DNA from: Lachnospiraceae bacterium
GTDB lineage: Bacteria; Bacillota; Clostridia; Lachnospirales; Lachnospiraceae
Direction: 5' to 3'
Assembly: GCA_017442585.1 (NCBI GenBank)
Contig: JAFRZM010000053.1
Span: 27,012-91,011, forward strand
Length of the DNA stretch: 64,000 nt
Part shown: positions 57,176-64,000 of the stretch, in pieces
How the letters are laid out: each line of letters opens with the position of its first letter
Numbering within the stretch: the first letter of the stretch is position 1
Notes under the pieces: generated by a model
What the model was told of the DNA's origin: nothing
Database searches by the model: none
Seen by the model: only the letters and a program-made list of their open reading frames with translations
Translations under genes and position numbers: made by a program

Positions 57176-58555
57176 ATGAGATTAACGGTTGAAGAGTTAA
57201 TTAAAGCTACAAACGGAGAATATCATGGTAGTGATGCGCTTTTACCTAAGGAGATCACCGGAGTATCGAAAGACAGCCGCGAGATTGAAGAGGGGTATTT
57301 ATACTTACCATTCGTAGGAGAGCGCGCGGACGGACACGCCTTTATAGCGCAGGTGTTTGAAAAGAAAGCGCTTATCACGCTTTCTATGCGTGAGCTTCAA
57401 ATCGACGTGCCGTATATAAAGGTGGAATCGACAGAACAGGCGTTAAAGGATATCGCCGCATATTACAGAAGCAAGCTTGATACGAAAATCATCGGAATCG
57501 TCGGTTCGGTCGGTAAGACATCCACGAAAGAGATGGTTGCGGCAGTTTTGTCGAAAAAGTTTAAAGTTACAAAGACCAAGGGTAATTTCAATAACGAGAT
57601 TGGATTGCCGCTTACGATATTAGATATCAGAGACGAGCATGAAGTTGCGGTAGTAGAGATGGGAATCTCGGGGTTCGACGAGATGACTCGCTTAGCTAAG
57701 ATTGCTCGCCCTGATGCAGTCGTAATGACTAACATCGGTGACTGCCATCTTGAAAACCTTCACGACCGTGCGGGAGTTTTGAAAGCCAAGTCGGAAGTCA
57801 TACCGTTTATAAAAGACGGCGGTTTTTTGGTAATAAATAACGATGATGAATATTTAAAGACCATAAATGAAGATAGAATAGAAGTCGTGCGATATGCAGT
57901 TGATAACACGGAGGGTGCGTTAACGACCGCGTGTGATATCGAAAGCATCGATACAACAGGAATTGCAGCAACTCTTTCCGTAAACGGTAAAGATTGTAAA
58001 GTAACTATTCCGATGGCGGGAATCCATAACGTGTATAACGCAATGGCAGCAGCGTCAGTCGGATTCATGATGAATATGGATATTGACTCCATAAAGGAAG
58101 GTATTGAGTCTGTCGAAGTTTTAAGTGGAAGAAATAATAGACTTGAACTCGACGGCATTACGGTATTTGACGATTGCTATAATGCGAATCCGATGTCAAT
58201 GAAGGCCGCGATTTCTGTATTATCCAAGGCCAAAGGCCGTAAGATTGCAGTGCTTGGCGATATGGGTGAGCTTGGACCTACTGAAGAAGAATTACACTAT
58301 TACGTAGGTGAGGCAGCAGGAACGGCAGGACTTGATTTAATAGTTTTGTCAGGCAAGCTTTCAAGAAAGATTGCGGAAGGCGCGTTAACGGTTAATCCAA
58401 TGCAGACAGTAATGCATTTTGATGATGTCGAAGAGATGCGTAAGGCTCTTCTTGACATAATAGAAAAAGGTGATACTATCCTTATCAAAGCTTCACATTT
58501 TATGAAGTATGATACGGTTGTTGAAGAATTAAAAAAGGCATACAAGAAAGGCTAG
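57176..58555 (+). CDS. murF: UDP-MurNAc-tripeptide--D-Ala-D-Ala ligase
   Basis: DSR, DGHAF, GSVGKTSTKE, NFNNEIGLP, VVEMG, DCYNANP.SM, LGDMGELG. Confidence 0.96.
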   Translation: MRLTVEELIKATNGEYHGSDALLPKEITGVSKDSREIEEGYLYLPFVGERADGHAFIAQVFEKKALITLSMRELQIDVPYIKVESTEQALKDIAAYYRSKLDTKIIGIVGSVGKTSTKEMVAAVLSKKFKVTKTKGNFNNEIGLPLTILDIRDEHEVAVVEMGISGFDEMTRLAKIARPDAVVMTNIGDCHLENLHDRAGVLKAKSEVIPFIKDGGFLVINNDDEYLKTINEDRIEVVRYAVDNTEGALTTACDIESIDTTGIAATLSVNGKDCKVTIPMAGIHNVYNAMAAASVGFMMNMDIDSIKEGIESVEVLSGRNNRLELDGITVFDDCYNANPMSMKAAISVLSKAKGRKIAVLGDMGELGPTEEELHYYVGEAAGTAGLDLIVLSGKLSRKIAEGALTVNPMQTVMHFDDVEEMRKALLDIIEKGDTILIKASHFMKYDTVVEELKKAYKKG

Positions 58556-58570
58556 AAAACGGAGGGTATT

Positions 58571-59803
58571 ATGAAAGTTAAAGAGTTTGAGAAGATTTTT
58601 AAGGACACCGACTTTGTACATATGAGCGGTTCCAGAGAAGAAAAGGAAGTTGCGGAATATTTAAGAGACCGCTGCAAGGATCTTGGTGTTAAGGCTTCGC
58701 TTGAAAGCTTTGAAGTTGATATGGCTAAGATGGAAGACTTCATTCTCACATGCGACGGCAAGGAGATAATGTGTGAGGCATTTAACTGCTGCGGTAGCGG
58801 TGAAGTTACCGGTGAAGTTTATTATATGCCTGCAACAGATCCTGTTTCAATCGCAGGTGCAAAGGACAAGATTGTTTTAATGGATACTTCCGGAATCGGA
58901 TATTTCCCTTATCAGGATCTTGTAAAAGCAGGAGCAAAAGCAATTTTATTTAGATACGGTAACGTGTATTACAGAAATGATGACATCGATGTAAGAGATC
59001 TTCGTGCAGCAGTTGTAGGAGATTCCAAGAAGCTTCTTTGCGCGATGATTAATTCACGCGATGCAATTAAACTTGTAAAAGCAGGAAATAAGACAGTTAC
59101 ATTAAAGGTTAAGCAGGAAGAATACAAGGGCAAATCACATAACGTAGTTGCTACAATAGAAGGTAAGCGCGATGAGTATGTTGTTTTAACAGCACATTAC
59201 GATACAACATCACTTTCACACGGCGCATACGATAACATGACAGGATGCGCGACACTTCTTCATATCATGGAGAAGTTCGCAGGTAAAAAGCCTAACTACG
59301 GTTTGAAATTCGTATTCTGCGGAAGTGAAGAGCGCGGCTTACTCGGTTCTAAGGCATTTGTGAAAAAGCACGAGAAAGAGCTTGAGAAGTTTGCGTTAAA
59401 CGTAAACGTAGATATGGTAGGTTCTATCATGGGTGCATTCCTTGCATGTGTATCTGCGGAAGATAAGCTTGCTCACTACATTTCATACATGGGCGCTGAA
59501 GTAGGATTCCCGATAAGATCTAAGACAGGTGTATATTCATCTGATTCTACACCGTTTGCGGATGCGGGAGTACCGTCACTTTCATTTGCGAGAATGGCAG
59601 CAGGGGATGTTTCTTCATTCCATAGCAGATACGATACAATGGCACTTTTATCAATGAAGCAGCTTTTGGCAGATTCTGAGTTTGTTGCAAAGTTCGTAGA
59701 CAGAATGGCTAACAGCGCGTGCATCCCGGTGTCACGTGAGATACCTGAAAATATCAAGAAAGAACTTGATGAGTACTTATTCAGAAAGAGAAGAAAGAAC
59801 TAA
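58571..59803 (+). CDS. M28-family metallopeptidase
   Basis: AHYDT, GAYDNMTG, SEERGLLGS, NVDM, SD...F, FH...D. Confidence 0.88.
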   Translation: MKVKEFEKIFKDTDFVHMSGSREEKEVAEYLRDRCKDLGVKASLESFEVDMAKMEDFILTCDGKEIMCEAFNCCGSGEVTGEVYYMPATDPVSIAGAKDKIVLMDTSGIGYFPYQDLVKAGAKAILFRYGNVYYRNDDIDVRDLRAAVVGDSKKLLCAMINSRDAIKLVKAGNKTVTLKVKQEEYKGKSHNVVATIEGKRDEYVVLTAHYDTTSLSHGAYDNMTGCATLLHIMEKFAGKKPNYGLKFVFCGSEERGLLGSKAFVKKHEKELEKFALNVNVDMVGSIMGAFLACVSAEDKLAHYISYMGAEVGFPIRSKTGVYSSDSTPFADAGVPSLSFARMAAGDVSSFHSRYDTMALLSMKQLLADSEFVAKFVDRMANSACIPVSREIPENIKKELDEYLFRKRRKN

Positions 59804-59856
59804 TTTACTAAGATTTTATAAGTAAATTGTATATTAATTTGAAAGGTAATTGATAT

Positions 59857-62268
59857 ATGGAAAGCTACAATCCTAAAGTAATTGAGAAAAAATGGCAGAA
59901 ATACTGGGAAGAGCACGAGACATTTAAGACAGATGTTTACGACTTCTCAAAACCGAAATATTATGCGCTTGATATGTTCCCATACCCTTCGGGAGTAGGT
60001 CTTCATGTAGGACATCCGGAAGGTTATACGGCTACGGATATCATGAGCAGAATGAAGAGAATGCAGGGCTATAACGTCCTTCATCCTATGGGATACGATT
60101 CATTCGGTCTTCCGGCTGAGCAGTATGCGATACAGACAGGTAACCATCCTGCAGGATTCACAGCGAAGAATATTGAGACTTTTAGTGGACAGCTTAAGGA
60201 ACTTGGATTTGACTTTGATTGGTCAAAGACATTTGCAACAAGCGATCCTTCATACTACAAGTGGACACAGTGGATCTTTAAGCGTCTCTATGAAAAGGGA
60301 TATGCGAAGTATATCGATATGCCGGTTAACTGGTGCGAAGAACTCGGTACGGTTTTATCCAACGATGAAATTGTAGACGGCAAGTCGGAGCGTGGCGGAT
60401 ACCCTGTTGTTCGTAAGAATATGAAGCAGTGGGTTATCGACCAGCAGGCTTTTGCAGAGGAACTTCTTGAAGGCCTGGACGAGATTGACTGGCCTGAATC
60501 TACAAAAGAAATGCAGAGAAACTGGATTGGCAGAAGTACCGGTGTCGAAGTTGATTTTAAGATTGTCGGCGGCGGAGATTTCTCAATCTTTACAACATGT
60601 ATAGAGACAATTTACGGTATCACATTTATGGTACTTGCTCCGGACGGAGATTTAACAGCAAGCTTACTTGACAGAGTTGAAAACCGTGCTGAAGTTGAAG
60701 CATATATCGCTGAAACAGCTACAAAGAGCGACATGGATCGTACAGAATTAAATAAAGGTAAAAGCGGATGCCCGTTAAAGGGTGTATATGCGATAAACCC
60801 TGTTAACGGTAAGGAAGTGCCGATATTTATCGGTGATTTCGTACTTGCATCATACGGTACAGGTGCCGTTATGGCGGTTCCGTCACACGATCAAAGAGAC
60901 TTTGAATATGCGATTGCGCATAACATCCCGATGATTCAGGTAATTGACGGCGCAGATGTTTCTGAATGTGCATTTGAAAAGCATGATTATCTTGGTAAGG
61001 GCTGCAAGCTTATGAATTCCGAAGAGTTTAACGGTATGACGGCAGAAGAAGCGAAAGAAGCTATAACCGTTAAATTAGAGAAGATGGGCGTTGCGAGAAG
61101 AACTGTAAACTACAGATTCCGTGAGTGGATCTTTGCACGTCAGCGTTATTGGGGCGAGCCTGTTCCTTGCGTATATACAGAAGACGGTAAGATTTACTTT
61201 ATCCCTGATGAAGAGTTGCCGTTAATCCTTCCGGAACTTGAAGATTACAAGGGCAAGAATGGTAAGGCTCCGCTTGAAAATGCAACAGAATGGAAGAAAT
61301 ATGATAGAAACGGCGTAAAGGGTGTTCGTGAAACGTCTACAATGCCGGGTTCTGCGGGATCATCATGGTATTACTTCAGATATATCGATCCGCATAACGA
61401 TAAAGAGTTTGCAAATTATGAACTCTTAAAGCACTGGCTTCCTGTAGACCTTTATGTCGGAGGACCTGAGCATGCGGTAGGACACCTTATGTATTCAAGA
61501 ATCTGGAACCGCTTCCTTTACAACGAGGGATTATCCCCTGTTAAGGAGCCGTTTAAAAAGCTTGTGCATCAGGGTATGATCTTAGGCGAAAACGGAATCA
61601 AGATGGGTAAGAGATTCCCTGAATTTGTTGTAAACCCGACTGATGTCGTAAATGAATACGGCGCAGATACCATGAGATTGTATGAAATGTTCATGGGACC
61701 GCTCGAGGTTTCAAAACCTTGGAAGAAAGATAACGTAATGGGCGCTAAGCGTTTCATTATCCGTGTATGGAATTTCTTTACGGATCCTGAGCATATTGTA
61801 GACGGCGAAGTACCTGAGCTTAAGAAGGTATACCATCAGACGGTTAAGAAGGTTACGGAAGATTACGAGCAGTTGGCATATAACACAGCCATAAGCCAGA
61901 TGATGATTTTCGTAAACGATGTATATAAAGTAGGTAAGTGCTCACGTGAATATGCAGAAGGCTTAATCAAGATGCTTTCGTGTATCTGCCCTCACGTAGG
62001 CGAGGAAATATGGCAGATTATGGGTCATAACGATACTATTGCATACGAGAAGTGGCCGACATTTGAGCCTGCTGCAATAGTAGACGATACGGTAGAAATC
62101 GCTGTACAGGTTAACGGTAAGACAAAGACAACCGTTAATATCGCAAAAGACTGCGATAAGGATACAGCTATTGCTTCCGGTAAAGAAGCACTTGGCAATA
62201 AGCTTACAGGCACTATCGTTAAGGAAATTTATGTTCCGGGAAGAATTATAAATATAGTCGTTAAGTAA
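59857..62268 (+). CDS. leuS: Leucine--tRNA ligase (variant KMSKS loop)
   Basis: DMFPYPSG.GLHVGH, CP1 GTGAVMAVPSHDQRD, RQRYWGEP, YVGG.EHA, AVQVNGK; KMGKR at the KMSKS position. Confidence 0.97.
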   Translation: MESYNPKVIEKKWQKYWEEHETFKTDVYDFSKPKYYALDMFPYPSGVGLHVGHPEGYTATDIMSRMKRMQGYNVLHPMGYDSFGLPAEQYAIQTGNHPAGFTAKNIETFSGQLKELGFDFDWSKTFATSDPSYYKWTQWIFKRLYEKGYAKYIDMPVNWCEELGTVLSNDEIVDGKSERGGYPVVRKNMKQWVIDQQAFAEELLEGLDEIDWPESTKEMQRNWIGRSTGVEVDFKIVGGGDFSIFTTCIETIYGITFMVLAPDGDLTASLLDRVENRAEVEAYIAETATKSDMDRTELNKGKSGCPLKGVYAINPVNGKEVPIFIGDFVLASYGTGAVMAVPSHDQRDFEYAIAHNIPMIQVIDGADVSECAFEKHDYLGKGCKLMNSEEFNGMTAEEAKEAITVKLEKMGVARRTVNYRFREWIFARQRYWGEPVPCVYTEDGKIYFIPDEELPLILPELEDYKGKNGKAPLENATEWKKYDRNGVKGVRETSTMPGSAGSSWYYFRYIDPHNDKEFANYELLKHWLPVDLYVGGPEHAVGHLMYSRIWNRFLYNEGLSPVKEPFKKLVHQGMILGENGIKMGKRFPEFVVNPTDVVNEYGADTMRLYEMFMGPLEVSKPWKKDNVMGAKRFIIRVWNFFTDPEHIVDGEVPELKKVYHQTVKKVTEDYEQLAYNTAISQMMIFVNDVYKVGKCSREYAEGLIKMLSCICPHVGEEIWQIMGHNDTIAYEKWPTFEPAAIVDDTVEIAVQVNGKTKTTVNIAKDCDKDTAIASGKEALGNKLTGTIVKEIYVPGRIINIVVK

Positions 62269-62295
62269 TTTGACTATGTGTTTGGAGATGAGGAA

Positions 62296-63021
62296 ATGTT
62301 AAGAAGTATTGTAACAGTCCTTTTTGTGGCTTTTTATCTTATATTGTCGACACCTTTGATGCTTTATGTAACGGTGCTTAGATGCTTTAATAAGGAAAAA
62401 GCGGATAGAATATCGCTTCATAATGTCTGTTGGGCGTTTGGCTGGGTCAATCGCCTTGCCGGCATGAAGATTGAAAAAGAGGGAATTGAGAATATCCCGA
62501 AAGATACGGCATGTCTTTTTGTAGCAAACCATCAAAGCATCCTTGATGTTACGGTTACATATCCAATGATGATAGACCGCACAGGCTTTATTGCGAAGGA
62601 TAACTTAAAGAAGGTGCCGCTTTTAAATATCTGGATGAGTAAACTTTATTGCTTTTTCCTGGATAGAAAGAGTAAGCGTGCCGGTCTTGATATGATTTTG
62701 TATTCTATCGAGAAAATAAAGGAAGGCATTTCTATCTTTATATTCCCTGAAGGTACGAGAAACAGGGACAATTTAAATGAAGTGGCTGAGTTTAAGTCAG
62801 GTGCCGTAAAGATGGCATCAAAGACGGGCTGCCCTATTGTTCCTGTTGCGATAAAAGGAACCAGACCTGTACTTGAAGATCATTTCCCGTTTTTAAAGAA
62901 GGGCAATGTAAAGGTTAAATTTGGTGAGCCGATAATAATTGACGAGCTCGATGAGGAGAATAAAAAGCATTTGGCAGATTACTGTCATGAAAAAGTGCAG
63001 AGACTTCTTGATACGATGTAA
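62296..63021 (+). CDS. plsC: 1-acyl-sn-glycerol-3-phosphate acyltransferase
   Basis: NHQSILD, FIAKD.L, FLDR, FPEGTR, VPVAI.G. Confidence 0.92.
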   Translation: MLRSIVTVLFVAFYLILSTPLMLYVTVLRCFNKEKADRISLHNVCWAFGWVNRLAGMKIEKEGIENIPKDTACLFVANHQSILDVTVTYPMMIDRTGFIAKDNLKKVPLLNIWMSKLYCFFLDRKSKRAGLDMILYSIEKIKEGISIFIFPEGTRNRDNLNEVAEFKSGAVKMASKTGCPIVPVAIKGTRPVLEDHFPFLKKGNVKVKFGEPIIIDELDEENKKHLADYCHEKVQRLLDTM

Positions 63022-63037
63022 TAGCAGGATGCATAGC

Positions 63038-63118
63038 TGTGGATAACACTATATCTTGTGGGTCGACATTGTGGATAAATGCCTTGCTAAAACTGATAAT
63101 AACACAATATATTGTGTT
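63038..63118. promoter_or_regulatory. Two DnaA boxes and two NrdR-box-like sites
   Basis: TGTGGATAA at 63038-63046 and 63070-63078; ACACTATATCTTGTGG at 63046-63061 and the perfect palindrome AACACAATATATTGTGTT at 63101-63118. Confidence 0.7.
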
Positions 63119-63134
63119 GACTTAAATCTATCAC

Positions 63135-63164
63135 TTGACAAAAGCACAAAATGTGTAGTATACT
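63135..63164 (+). promoter_or_regulatory. Sigma-A promoter of veg
   Basis: TTGACA, 18 bp, TATACT. Confidence 0.75.
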
Positions 63165-63231
63165 GTAAACACAAGAAAAAGCGCAAGATATCACGCTTTT
63201 ACCTAGTTTAAGAAAGAACGAGGTATATTAC

Positions 63232-63486
63232 ATGGCAATGGAACAGGATGTTATTGATAAGATCCGCGCTTCAGTCACAATGCAGATCGGAAGCAGAGTG
63301 AAGATTAAGCAGGATGAAGGTCGTCACAGATCAAGCATTCGAGAGGGCGTTTTACAGGGCGCATATCCGAGCGTGTTCACGGTTGTTGTGGACGGCAGAA
63401 CACCGGGCGAAGAGCAGGTGTTGTCGTATAGTTACAGTGATATCGTAACTAAAGTTATTCGCATGAAATTATGCGAAGCAAGCTAA
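63232..63486 (+). CDS. veg: Veg family protein
   Basis: G.RVKI...GR......GVL...YPSVFTV...SYSYSDI.T pattern. Confidence 0.88.
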   Translation: MAMEQDVIDKIRASVTMQIGSRVKIKQDEGRHRSSIREGVLQGAYPSVFTVVVDGRTPGEEQVLSYSYSDIVTKVIRMKLCEAS

Positions 63487-63504
63487 AACTTAATAAGGGA
63501 TAGG

Positions 63505-63542
63505 AAGAGGGCTTCATGGAATGCATGAAGCCTTTTCTTTTC
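63505..63542 (+). terminator. Terminator after veg
   Basis: GGCTTCATG/CATGAAGCC stem followed by Ts. Confidence 0.8.
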
Positions 63543-63626
63543 CAAAAAATGAAAAAAGACCGTCTTAGTTGAAATAAAGCGCGTAATTTGGTAAAATAAT
63601 AGTATCTTTGGGAAGGAGGAAGGGAA

Positions 63627-64000
63627 TTGAAAAAGAGACTTTTATCGGTGTTGCTGGTTGCGACATTGGTGCTTACATGTTTTTTCAGCGCAGCGCCTGT
63701 AAATGCGTCAAAAGAAGATGCGCAGCGTAAGAAACAGGAAGCGGAAGCCAAGCTTAAGCAACTGGAAGAACAGATGAAAAAGCTTAAGACCGAGCAGGCC
63801 GGAATCCTGGGACAGATGAATGACGTCCAAGCTGAGATAATAGAACTTGTTGCTTCTATCGATGCGATAAAAGACGAGATTTCTTCCGCCGAGGATGAAC
63901 TTGCAAGACTTAAGGTTGAACTTGAAGTTGCAATAGAAACAGAAAACAGACAGTACGAGGCGATGAAGCTCCGTATTAAATATATGTATGAGCGTGGAGA
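63627..64000 (+). CDS. Secreted coiled-coil cell-wall hydrolase/activator (CwlO/PcsB/EnvC-like), N-terminal part; runs off window end
   Basis: Manual translation from TTG 63627: signal peptide MKKRLLSVLLVATLVLTCFFSAAPVNA, long coiled coil, MKLRIKYMYERG; GGAGG SD. Confidence 0.8.
   Translation, partial: MKKRLLSVLLVATLVLTCFFSAAPVNASKEDAQRKKQEAEAKLKQLEEQMKKLKTEQAGILGQMNDVQAEIIELVASIDAIKDEISSAEDELARLKVELEVAIETENRQYEAMKLRIKYMYERG

Noticed and set aside
759-63751. Numerous short antisense or nested ORFs in the track (e.g. 4035..4547, 13606..13947, 17440..17742, 30466..30963, 57760..58158)
   Set aside because: They lie opposite or inside well-supported genes and lack SDs and motifs; these are shadow ORFs.
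1-64000. CRISPR arrays, tRNA and rRNA genes
   Set aside because: No regularly spaced direct repeats, cloverleaf or rRNA signature sequences were recognised.

Overview
Chromosomal window from a low-GC anaerobic Firmicute. Gene content and order point to a Lachnospiraceae-like Clostridia lineage (inference). Most of it is housekeeping: pth(partial)-mfd, clpB (CIRCE operator), SAM-I riboswitch-metK, a two-component system, proS, cca, hup-yabO-divIC-tilS-hpt-ftsH, a deoD-deoB-cdd-pdp-deoC nucleoside operon, buk, a small alarmone synthetase, hpf, ddl-murF, leuS, plsC, veg and the start of a coiled-coil cell-wall hydrolase. No rRNA, tRNA, CRISPR array, integrase or transposase was seen. Highlights: (1) a GT2 / polysaccharide pyruvyltransferase / MenD-like ThDP enzyme / aldo-keto reductase operon (27.6-33.1 kb) that looks like a glycan-modification pathway rather than menaquinone synthesis; (2) an AT-rich accessory region (15.5-26.3 kb) with an XRE + ABC-ATPase + TOPRIM-like candidate anti-phage operon behind a four-half-site operator, a ferredoxin-dependent bilin reductase/RCCR-like protein, an ADP-ribosylglycohydrolase and a promoter-terminator-bounded small RNA; (3) a family of ~185-bp rod-like palindromic elements with a GCGAAGC apex (25.9 and 54.3 kb); (4) a TetR-fused hybrid kinase, a LeuRS with KMGKR in place of KMSKS, NrdR/DnaA-like boxes before veg, and missing sporulation genes at their usual syntenic positions. 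All family assignments are by-eye motif recognition; no searches were run.
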